Source: Eledone cirrhosa
Taxonomy: Eukaryota
Reading direction: 5' to 3'
Assembly: GCA_964016885.1 (NCBI GenBank)
Contig: OZ024744.1
Location: 41,106,001 to 41,170,000 of the forward strand
DNA: 64,000 nt
Under the pieces are notes generated by a model. That model was not told the origin of the DNA. It made no database searches and saw only the letters and a list, made by a program, of their open reading frames with translations. The translations under genes were made by a program, and so were the position numbers. Of this stretch, positions 52,686 to 64,000 are shown one piece after another. The first letter of the stretch is position 1. The number at the start of each line of letters is the position of its first letter.

Positions 52686-52739
52686 AGATGATGCATGACA
52701 TACCCTGAGATAGTAGATGGTTAAGATTCAGTCATGGTA

Positions 52740-52773
<34 letters not shown>

Positions 52774-52816
52774 GAAAGTACAGCATATTCGAAGTTCGAG
52801 CAGCAACTAAGCCAAC

Positions 52817-52903
<87 letters not shown>

Positions 52904-53199
52904 ACATATCTAATTTATTGTATAAAATAATATTACAAATAAAAAAGAAAAGCAAAAGGAAAAAAAGAAGAAAAAACAGAAGTGTAGAGAGAGAGGCTAG
53001 ACTGGAAATGAAAGATGTACAGCTTCTTCAGTATTCTACTGTAGTAATATATCCAACAAATTAACAACCTTAATTCTCCTACAACTATTCCAAAAACTAA
53101 TACTTTTGCTGCTAATATTTAGTCTCCACAATTTCTAAAACTTCCAACACAACTTAATCATGGTAAACCTCACAGCAAATTTGTGGAGCACAACACCAC

Positions 53200-53590
53200 A
53201 ATTTAGGGGTGTGTAGAGGTATGTAGATGTTTTGAGGCACTTCAGAAATCAGAGACCAGAATTCTTCAAGTCTGGTCAGTGGCACCTACACCAGGACAAT
53301 GCCCTCCCTGCTACAAATCCATCCTGCTGACCAACTACTTGGCCAATATGGGGATAAAGACTGTCCCTCATCCTGCTCACTGTCAAGACTTAGCCCCATG
53401 TGACTTCTTGATGTTCCCAAAGCTGAAGGAGAAACTCATTGGTAACCATCCACTTGGAGGATGTGGAGGAGATGAAGTAGGCTGTGACAAGTGCTCCAGA
53501 CATCTTCATTTTAGAGGACTACAAGGAGCCCTCCCAGAAATTGCTGGAGTACCACAACAAGTACCTTGAAGTTGGAGAATCCTACTTTCA
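53200..53590 (+). mobile_element. Mariner (DD34D) transposase relic
   Basis: WHLHQDNA followed by TVPHPAHCQDLAPCDFLMFPKLKE (HP.YSPDLAP.DF motif). Confidence 0.8.
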
Positions 53591-53659
53591 GGGGTCTAGT
53601 GTTTTGTGTTGAACTGAGTTAAATGCCTCTATGATAAAAGTCTCAAAATCTCTTCAGTG

Positions 53660-53698
<39 letters not shown>

Positions 53699-54163
53699 TA
53701 GCGTACATCTGTGCGCTAATGTTAGTAGATATATTAAATTATCTATATTTATCTCCAAATCACTGATTTGTCGAGCAAACCTGCCAAAACCACTTCTAAA
53801 TTTTTTTTGGGGGGGTGTTAGTAGGCGTCTGTCATCTTAACATCCCATTCCTACTGACTAGCCTCTGTGTCACGTGATTGATTCTTTAGAATCGGCCATA
53901 TGACCAGTGGCAGTGAGAATTTTCAGTAGCTGGAATCCAGTCCTCGATAGCTGTTCCATTTACCGAATTATTATTATTTTTATATGAGTCCCCAGTGTCC
54001 GCGCATTGCCTGGAGACTTGGCTGAGAATGACCTCCCTGATGACGCAATGAAATTCTGAACAGTTCATTACGTAACTGTCTTTATCCCATTGTAGAAACT
54101 AATTAGTTGGAGTGAAAATTTAAGTAAGTTAATTTTTTTTTTTTTTAATTTTCTTATTTTACG

Positions 54164-54254
<91 letters not shown>

Positions 54255-54449
54255 CCTATATATAATGAAGGAAGTGTGGTAAGGAACCGGGTGGACTATA
54301 ACGCACCAGAGTACTCAATACTTTGGGTAGTAGAGTGGGTAATATTATTATAATATATATATATATATATATATAATATGCACCACTCCACCCACTCCCA
54401 TAGATCTCCAACGAGGACAAGCTGAAGTTACATCCATCAAACCCTTCAG

Positions 54450-54895
54450 CTCACACTGTAAAGTGGTCGTGTATGGCAAAAGGTACCCAGCCTATACTGT
54501 AAAGTGGTTATGTATGTGTCACAGCAAAAAGCACCTAGCCTACACTCTAATGTGGTCATGTAGGTGTCATGGCAAAAAGCACCCAGGCCACATGATAAAG
54601 TGGTTGTGTAGGTGTCATGGCAAAAAGAAAAACCAGTCTACACTCTAAAGTGGTCGTGTACGACAAAAAACCACCCAGTCCACACTGTAAAATGGTCATG
54701 ACAAAAAGTACCCAGTACTCACTGTAAATGAAGTTGGCGTAAGGAAGGGCATTCAGCTGTAGAAACCAAGCCAAAATCTGTATGAGCATGACATGGTCAC
54801 GTGACCTGGCATTGCTCACAACAGGATAACTCATCTAACCTATGCTAGTGTGGAAAATGGACGTTAAATGCTGTGATGATGATGATGATGATGCT
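54450..54895 (+). mobile_element. RTE-related 3' tail with ~7 tandem ~45 bp units and (GAT)n end
   Basis: cacactgtaaagtggt..aaaaagcacccag units, then ggaagggcattcagctgtagaaacc. Confidence 0.75.
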
Positions 54896-54954
54896 ATATA
54901 TCATCATCATCATCATCATCATCAATATATATATATATATATATGTATGTATTT

Positions 54955-57900
54955 ACAGGTAGTGACCGAGATAAACCACACCAAAACAAAAGTATGGAAA
55001 CACATACGGCACAAAAAAATATTGAACAAGAGAAAAACACAACTTCACAAATAAATTCCACAACCACAAATCAAGCAATTGAGAACTACAAAAACAACAA
55101 CAACAACAACAACAACAACGACAACAATGACAACCACACCAACAGCAGCAACAGTAATGACAACAACACCAACAAGAACAACTCCACAAACAAGGAAAAA
55201 GGGTTTTCCTTTGCACAAACTGTCCGAAAAACAGAAGTATATACATAAATTGACATCTCTAATGCCGGAGAATTGTTAAGAGATGCCAAGCAATATATAA
55301 CTTTGGGGGAGAATGGCGCTTTTAGCATCACTTCTCCCCAAGAATTGAGTAGAGAAACTGTCCTGAAAACTATAATTTTTAGGACAATCTCAAATACCAT
55401 CAGAAAACCAGCTCAATTAACTCAAAACGAAATTGAGCTGGTTCTAAGAAACTCTACGAAGGACATTACCTTCATACAGAAGGGAAAACTCTTCGGGAGT
55501 TTATCAATAATAATGAAAGACCAATTGATGGCACAGAAATATGCTGTGTTGCCAATTGTGTCCCCCCTCTACAGCTTTTTCCCCACATATATGGGAAAAA
55601 GAACCCCCAAAATAAAAGTAACAAATATCACACCAAATGTAAACATCTGGTGGATATTAGCTGGTTTCATAAATTTTGATGAAGATACAGTAATTTCACC
55701 GCACCCCAGAAACCCCCACCCTACCATACACCCTCCCCACCAAACATCTCCGTACCCACCCGGCCAGGAACCACCACCCTACCAAACAACCCCTCCAACA
55801 CCCCATGGACGTTGTGCAGCCTGGGCCCCAGGAGACGAAGAGGTGAGTGATTTCTTTTCCTCTTCTTTTAACTTTTCAGCACCAACATGGCCAATATAAG
55901 AGTTGGATGTGTGAATGTACGCGGCCTGGGGTTGCCCTGGAAACAGGGCAAACTCTTACACGACCTAAGGTCGCACAGTATGGATGTAGTAGCCATTTGC
56001 GAGTCCAGGATCCACAGCGAGCGACAGCTGGCCCCATCTTCGACGACTTTGAGATCTACGCATCTCTCTGTCAGCCGGGAGATGTGGGCGGGGTTACCGT
56101 TTTGCTGCGGAAACACCTGAACTTCGTAACACAGACGATACATCTGGACTCGGAGGGTTGACTGGTGGTCCTATACTTTGACGGTAGTGAAGGTGGAGCC
56201 TTGAGGCTGGTGGCCGCATATCCCCCATCCGGGACACCGCGGCCAGACTTCTTCAAACGTCTAGAGACTTTTCTGGGAACGTCCCGCTCCTTGCTTTTAG
56301 TGGGGGACTGGAATTGAATCCTAGATGCACGGTGGGACTATGTGGGAGCATGTCCCGATAAAAGGGGGGTGTAACAGCCTCAAACAGTTAATCGGCCGAG
56401 TTGACCTGACCGATAGATATCGACTAGATTTTCCGACTGTGCCACTGTGGACGTGGACTAATCCTAGCGGAACATCTAGATCGTACCTAGATAGGGTTCT
56501 AGTTAGAAATAAAGATGGGGACATTTTAAGCTGTCCACAAATGTTCATGATTGCCTATTCATATCACAAACTAGTGACCTGCATGGTCAACCTTTATAGA
56601 ACCCATAGACAAGGACCCGGCTACTGGAAGCTGAACTTGTCGTTACCGACATGCAAAGCCTACAGTAGACGGATTAGCACTTTAGTTAAACAGCACTTGC
56701 AGGGGCGATTGTCAACAACAGATGGTGGTACTCTCTCAAGAGGGCAGTTAGATTAGACTCGTTAGTTTTTAGTAAATAATTAGCGTTAAATAGAAATAGA
56801 ACCGAGAAGGAACTGATAGATAAAGTAGAAGAGGCAATTAGAAGTGACAACGTAGCCGGCGTGCTAGCAACGAGAACGGCATTGGACCAGTTCTTCGATC
56901 AAAGCACGAGGGCTGCGTTGTCAGAAGCAAAATACGTGCTCTGGGTAACGATGGAGCCAAAGCTGTTAGCTGGGACTGGGTGACGGAGGCAAAAAGTGGC
57001 AACAAGTCCACGATTCGATCTTTGAAGGACCAAGACGGACGCGTGATACGTGAGCCGAAGCAGATGTGTGCGGTCTTTCAGCGGCACTTTACTCAGTTGT
57101 TAGAGCAGGGCGGTGCACCGGGAGGGGCTCTGGATTTCGGCCCATACATCGACGGCCTACCGCGACTCTCGGACAGCGAGGCGAAGTTCAGCGAAAAGCC
57201 GATTTCAGCTGCTGAGATAGGGGACGCCTTTAGCCAATGCGGTAAACGCAAATCTCCAGGTCTCGACGGTCTACCCTACGAATTTTACGTAGCAATGCCG
57301 GACTTGTTCTCCGGTTTCATGGAAGCGGTCTACTATAACTGGCAGCAGAACGGGAGAATTCCCAGTTCTGTGACCAGGGGAGTAGTTACACTAGTCAGGA
57401 AAGACGAGAATAAGGGGGATGACATAGGCAATTTCCGGCGCATAACTCTGCTAAACACAGAGTTACAGATTTTGGCCAAGGTTTTGGCAAAGAGGCTGGC
57501 GCTTGTCGTCGAAAACCTGGTGGGAGAAGCGCAGACATGCGGAATCCCGACCAGGACCATACGCGACAACCTCCACCTCATGCGATACATCATAGAGAGG
57601 GTAGGGTGTAAACCCGGCTTCGGTGGGGCCCTGATCAACTTGGATCAGTCTAAGGCTTTCAATAGGGTTGACCATCGTTACCTGGATGCGGTGCTCGAGG
57701 CGGTAGGCTTCGGACGCGTGTTCAGGGGCTGGATTGCTGCAATGCACAACAGCAACATCTGCTCAAGGGTCAAGGTGAACAGCTACCTCTCGGAGCCGTT
57801 CCATATCACGCGATCCAATCGACAGGGATGTCCTCTCTCCTCCCTTCTGTACGTACTGACTCTCGAGCCACTACTGTGGAAGTTGGAGCTATTGCAGAGC

Positions 57901-59538
57901 ATCCCTCTGGAACCGGGACTGCGGAAAGCAGCGTCGGCCTACGCCGACGACGTGACAGTAATGGTGTCGAGCGCCTCGCAAATCGAGGAAGTTGGCATCT
58001 TACTGAAGGAATACGAAAGGTTCACAGGAGCGAAGCTTAACCGGGACAAGTCCATCGGTTTGCAACTCGGATCGTGGAGAGGCAAACCGATGCCTTCCGA
58101 AGGCGTCGTCGGGCGCTGGACGGAAGGACCGGTGAAGCTGCTCGGGGTTGGGTTCGGACCGGACCTCCAGGTGGAGAAGAACTGGAACAAGGTGACGGCC
58201 AAGGTGTTTGTACTCACCCAGAAGTGGGCCGAGTGCAAACTATCCTTGAAAGGTCGAGCGGAGATGGCGAACACTTTTATAGCGTCCGTCATCTACTACC
58301 GCCTGACCGTCGTGCCTTTCCAGCCAAAACGCTTACCAAAATGGAGCGCGCGCTCTTCCAATTCCTTTGGAAGAAGCGGGCTCCTTTGGTGAGAAGATCC
58401 ATCTGCTGGCAACACCCTTCAAACGGAGGGCTAGGGATGCCGTGGTTGATGATGCGCAAACACGCGCTCAGGCTGCGGCACCTCCACGTATTCCTCACCG
58501 GACAACCGGTGTGGGCCCACGACTCGTCTCGCTGACCGAGCTGCTGTCCTGGGTCAAGCAAAGACCGAGGAAAATGGGCGACTGGCACATCGAATGTGCC
58601 CAGGCGCTCACAGCCCTCTGGCAGGCGGACCCGGCGATCAGTGGAGAATGCACTTCGTCATTCTATAGAGGGTTGGTCCGCAGCAAGTGCGACGACGTGC
58701 TCGGAGAAACTCTAGGCATAGAGGAAGATGAACTGGCCAGTCTGTTTGGTAGAACCTTCCACCCGGGACCGATGGACAACTTCCAAAAGTCCCTGGCCTG
58801 GCAGTGCTACCGAGGAGTTCTACTAGTTCGAGACAAGCTCTACAGACACGGGCGCCCGGGCAGGGACCCTTCGTAAAATATTTGTCTGAGATATGTGCGC
58901 GACGAAGAAACCGTCGCGCACGCATTTGTACATTGCCCGGGAGTCACCGACCTGTGGGGCTATGTAGAACGACTATTGTCGCGGGTGGGACCAATCCGGT
59001 TGACCACCGAGTTCATTGTCATGATCAAACCGCCACCCTCCTTCAAAAACGAAGGAGAGGCTGTTTTCCTTTGTGTGATAGCTATGGCGAAAGAGGTTGT
59101 ATGGTGGACGAGGTTAAAAGGGCTGAGGTCAGACACCTTTCTCTCCGGCCAAAAACTGATTCTTTTTTTCAAATACCACTTTGGAAGAAGAATCAGGATG
59201 GAGAGAGAGGTGCTGTACCGCAGCAAATTTTATGAAAGGTGGGTGAAAGTGGCGAGAATGGCCTGAGTGAATGGGCCTTCTCTCTATATCAGCCTAGAGG
59301 TTGAGGAAAAGGAGGAAGAGAGGAAAGGGGTACAAACTCTTCGTACTCCTGGAGATGAGGGTTTCACATTTTTTCGAGGGTATGTGTTACCCATATGAAA
59401 TGTCTCCCCCTATTGGAGATAATCGATTAACTTTTAAATTACACTTGTGATAATATTTTACATGTTTTTATTGTATGTAAACTTCCCCCTTTGTATTTCT
59501 CCCCTCCTTTTGTGCCCCTGTGGCTAATAAAGAAACAT
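54955..59538 (+). mobile_element. Tx1/L1-clade LINE, decayed (ORF1 remnant, ORF2 55887-59300)
   Basis: GCVNVRGL; VGDWN; YLDRVL; GPGYWKLN; KSPGLDGLP; LDQSKAF; YADD; C-terminal H..C motif; AATAAAGAAAC 3' end. Confidence 0.93.
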
Positions 59539-59599
59539 ATCTATGGTTATATATGTGGGTATACATTGCTTATTTTGTTCTCCATCTATTATTAATATA

Positions 59600-59790
59600 T
59601 TGTTTCTACTTTTGGCACAAGGCCGGCAATTACCCCAGTGTATTACTGGTAATTTATTTTATCGACCCCGTAAGGATAAAAGGCAAAGTTAACCTGGGCA
59701 GGATTTGAACTCTAAACCATGAAGGGCCCTAATTCGTTGCTGCAAAGCATGGCATCAGACCCTCTACCGATACTGCCAATCCATCACCCT
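59600..59790 (-). mobile_element. tRNA-derived SINE
   Basis: Same family as 28288 and 35140. Confidence 0.8.
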
Positions 59791-61550
59791 AGGGGTGTCC
59801 TCTCTCCTCCCTTCTGTATGTAATGACTCTAGAGCCACTGCTGCGGAAGTTGGAGTTGTTGCAGGGCATCCCGTTGGAACCGGGATTGCAGAAAGCGGTG
59901 TCAGCCTACGCCGATGACGTAACAGTAATGGTGTCGACGGCCTCGGGATTTCGGGGCGATCGGCACCTTACTGGAGGAGTACGAAAGGTTTACAGGGGCT
60001 AAGCTGAACCGGGACAAGTCGATCGGTCTGCAACTCGGCACGTGGAGGGGCAGATCGATGCCCTCCAATGGCGTCGTCGGGCGCTGGACGGAGGGCCCGG
60101 TGAAGTTGCTCGGGGTCTGGTTCGGACCAGACCTCCAGGTGGAGAAGAACTGGGGTGAGGTAAAGAACAGGGTGTTTGCACTGACCCAGAAGTGGGCCGA
60201 GTGCAAACTGTCCCTGAAAGGTCGGGCGGAGGTGGCGAACACTTATATAGCGTCCGTCATCTACTACCGCCTGACCGTTGTGCCTTGCTCAAGGGAAACG
60301 CTCGCCAAGATGGAGCGCGCACTCTTCCAATTCCTTTGGAAGAAGCGGGCTCCTATGGTGAGAAGATCCATCTGCTGTCAACACCCTTCGAAAGGAGGGC
60401 TGGGGATGCCGTGGCTAATGATACGTAAACACGCATTAAGGCTACGGCAACTTCAGGTATTCCTCACCGGTCAACCGGTGTGGGCCCCGTTTGTGAGGCG
60501 AGCCTTTCCCAGACTCGTCTCACTCACCGAGCTGCAATCCTGGGTCAAGCAAAGACCGAGAAAACTGGGCGCCTGGCACACCGAGTGTGCCCAGACGCTC
60601 ACGGCTCTCTGGCAGGCGGACCCGGCTGTCAGTGGAGAATCCACCTCGGCATTCTATAGAGGGCTGGTGGTTAGCAGGTGCGACGACGCCCTCGGAGAAG
60701 CCCTAGGCATGGAGGAAGACGAACTGGCAAACCTGTTCAGTAGGACATTCAGCCCGGGACCCATGGATAACTTCCAGAGGTCCCTGGCCTGGCAATGTTA
60801 CAGAAGGGCTCTGCCCTTTCGAGAAAGGCTCTACAGACACGGGCGCCCAGGTAGGGACCCCTCGAAAAAGATCTGTCCCAGATGCGTGTGCGACGAGGAA
60901 ACCGTTGCACACGCATTGGTACACTGCTCGGGCATTGCCGATCTGTGGGGCTATGTCGAACAACTGCTGTCAAGGGTGGGACCGATCCGGTTGACCACCG
61001 AGTCTATTGTAACAATCAAGCCGCCTCCCCTCTTCAAAAACGAAGAAGAGGCGGTTTTTCTGCGCGTAATAGCCATGGCGAAAGAGGTTGTATGGTGGAC
61101 GCGTCTGAAAGGACTGAGGTCAGACACCTTTCTCTCTGGCCAACAACTGGTCCGTTTCTTCCGATATCATTTCGGAAGAAGGATCAGGATGGAGAGAGAG
61201 GTGCTGCACCCCAGCCGTTTTTATGAAAGATGGGTGAAAGTGGCGAGAATGGCCCGTGTGAATGGGCCTTCACTCTACATCAGACTATAGGTGAGGAAGA
61301 TGAAAGACCAAGGGAGCACCCCTTCTCTGTGCTCCTGAGGAAAAGGGTTGCACACTTTTTTTCGGGGGTGTGTGCGACCCCCCAAGGCGCCTCCCCTATT
61401 GAGGACTTTGTTATAAATTTTATTTTTTGTCATATTTTATTTTTATATATTGTTATTGCCACCTCCTTATTGAGGACGCCTTGTTTTGTAAACTCCCTCC
61501 ATTGTACTTGTCCCGCTTTTGATGCCCTGGTGGCAAATAAAAGAAACATA
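59791..61550 (+). mobile_element. 5'-truncated Tx1-type LINE (RT 3' half + zinc finger)
   Basis: GCPLSSLLY..YADD; 410 aa open frame 60058-61290 with CPRC..ETVAHALVHC; AATAAAAGAAAC end. Confidence 0.92.
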
Positions 61551-62332
61551 TCTATTATTAATATATATATGTTTTGAACAGTAAAAAGGTACATCATGTT
61601 ACTATGTATTTGATTATTTATCACATAATGTTATTGGGTATGAAGAACAGTTTGTGTGCAAAAGAAAGATGATGAATAAAGTATGTGTACTGAATACAAT
61701 GTAAATTAAACTGACAAGATTCAAAGTTGTATTTCTTATCTCCCCAGTTAAATTAATTACTCACTATTGTTAACTTATTTATTTAATATCATAGACTAAC
61801 ACACTAAAATCAGCAAATTCTCCTATTGAATTAAATTCTTTTAATTATCTTAATTGTGAGGTCATTTTTAGTAAGATGTTTTATTCTTTATAATTGAAAC
61901 AATTGCAAAAATTATAAAACTTAACTCATGTTTAGAAGCCATGAGTTAAGTCCTACTTTTAATTGATTCCATCATTTGAGTGTGTGTGCATGCTGTGGCA
62001 CTACCTTGAAATCAATTTATATAACCTCCAGTACCTATTTTTCAATTGTGGTACTTATTTTATCGATCACCTTTTGTTGAATTGCTATGTTGCAAGACAA
62101 ACACAGACAGACACAAACAAAGGGAGACATGGATGCACACACACACATGACTTTTCTCAAATGTACTTGAGGATTTGGAAAATATATAGCATTTTCTCAA
62201 GTACACATTGGCTGAGTAGCCTCATTTGCATACTGAGCAAGTTACGGGTGGGCTTGCTGAGAACTAAAAATAAAATTAGAATTTTATTTCTCACCCTAGC
62301 ACAGCTGATACATAAATGTAAGTATGTATATG

Positions 62333-62393
<61 letters not shown>

Positions 62394-62516
62394 ATATATA
62401 CATATACATATGTACATATGGGTTACATCAAATATTAACAATAATATTTGATTTGTTTGTAAACAATAAAATTCTAATTTTATTTTTAGTTTTCGTACAC
62501 ACACACATATTCACAC

Positions 62517-62547
<31 letters not shown>

Positions 62548-63064
62548 CACACACATACAAAAAGTAAACGGAAACAACATAGCAAATAACACAGTACAAT
62601 GAAGAAATATATTAGTTTAATGCTTGATATAGTAGAAGAAAAGTATTTATGTTTTGGACACTAGTCCTTCATCAGAACATAGAATGAAAAAGTAAGATGG
62701 AGAGTGAAAACAGGAAGGAACAGTTTCTGTCTCCTAAATTTAATTCACACTGCATTAGTCAAGCTGAGATTATAGTAGAAATTACTTGTCCATGATGCTT
62801 TGCAGTGAGACTGAACTTGAAAGCAAATGACTGCAAAGCAATCTCTTTAACTACACTTTCAGCCCTGCACATATATGTGTGCACATGTGAGTGTGGCAGC
62901 ATGGCTGTGTTTGTGTACACTTTATATTTAATAAATACTTGAGAAAGGTGTTTTCAAAAGAAGGAGCAGCTGTAGATTTACAAAGTCTAAAGTTTCTTAA
63001 CCCTTCAGCATTTAAACTGGCTATGGCTATATCCAGCCAGTATTCTCTCATCCCTTTCTGTTCA

Positions 63065-63925
63065 AACTGATGGTATCCTGTGTCAGAGAAACGCTTTGGA
63101 ACTTCTGGAACTCTCACAGTCTTATCCGGCCCTCGCAATTTGGATTTATCCCCAATACCAGCTGCTGTGATCAACTTATCGAGTTTCTTGAAGACATCAC
63201 CCGGATCACTGATGGCGATCATGGGTGGATTTTGTTTACCTTGACTTTGCTAATGCTTTCAATTCTGTGCCACACAAAAAACTTATGGTAAAACTCTCTG
63301 CAATGGGTGTGAAGAATGATCTTTTTAACTGGTTAAAGTCCTTCATTCTCAGTCGAAGAGTGGTAGTCACGGTTCTAGGACAGCATGCCTCACCATATGA
63401 GATGTCAACTGGTGTACCACAGGGATCTGTTCTTGGCCCCCTTTTGTTTGTGGCATATATTAATGACAGAGATGCCAACTTAAAGAATGCCACAGTACTG
63501 AAATATCCAGATGACATCAAGCTGTACCTTGAGATAAACAGGACAGATTCTGAAAACTATAGATCTTGCCTGCAATCTGACCTGGACACAATGCAACAAT
63601 GGATCACAGACTGGCAACTCAAGCTGGCTGTGGACAAGTGTACCACCATGCATTTTGGGAGTAAAAACCCAGTGTCCACATACTCCCTCCACAACACTAA
63701 TAACAAGAAGTCTTCTTATAAACGTGACCTGGGCATTATGGTCAGCAGCGATTTACATTGGACGAAGCACGTCACTAAAATTGTCAAGAAGGCCAAAGGT
63801 GTCTTAGCATCACTCAGCAAGACCATTGTCAGCCGCTCTCCAGCTATCTATTTAAAGCTGTATGTAGCTATGGTGCGACCACATTTAGAATTTGCATCAC
63901 CAGTCTGGAACCCCTATCTTGGACG
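63065..63925 (+). mobile_element. CR1-clade LINE reverse transcriptase fragment
   Basis: SQFGF..SCCDQL; VYLDFANAFNSVPH; GVPQGSVLGP; YPDD; RDLGI; LYVAMVRPHLEFASPVWNP. Confidence 0.9.
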
Positions 63926-64000
63926 ATGATGATGATGAAGATACAGACATTGAATATGACATCTTTTATAAGGGCTACACAAAATATATCCATGAGCTAG

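Noticed and set aside
54030-54085. CTGATGA followed by a hairpin
   Set aside because: GAAA box, stem III and stem I cannot be placed convincingly; at best a decayed HHR.
62645-62680. Minus-strand CTGATGA-a-ggac(tagt)gtcc-AAAA-cata
   Set aside because: Looks like a CpG-decayed HHR with G12 lost; noted in the tally but not called as a functional feature.

Overview
AT-rich, repeat-saturated animal genomic DNA. It is probably an octopus or other cephalopod; that is inferred from the SINE/RTE tail families and the (TA)n, (AAT)n and (GAT)n microsatellites. I found no supportable host gene, rRNA, tRNA or CRISPR array. The window is a nest of mostly decayed retroelements: at least 6 Penelope-like elements (PLEs; RT + GIY-YIG), 2 near-complete and 3 partial Tx1/L1-type LINEs, 5 R4/Dong-like RLE LINE pieces, RTE, CR1 and CRE fragments, an internally deleted Gypsy LTR element, a mariner relic, a Helitron-like element and tRNA-derived SINEs. 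The signal hidden from the ORF track is RNA structure. About two dozen minimal type-I hammerhead ribozyme (HHR) motifs can be read by eye. The most striking is a non-coding ~0.5 kb tandem array (35909-38314) with one intact HHR per unit, five in all, on two arms diverging from an inversion. It looks like a retrozyme (self-cleaving/circular-RNA retroelement) with an internal octamer motif. A second ~475 bp tandem (9752-10490) carries a non-canonical four-way-junction HHR-like fold. All folds were assigned by manual base-pairing and not computed; coordinates are hand-counted and element boundaries are approximate.
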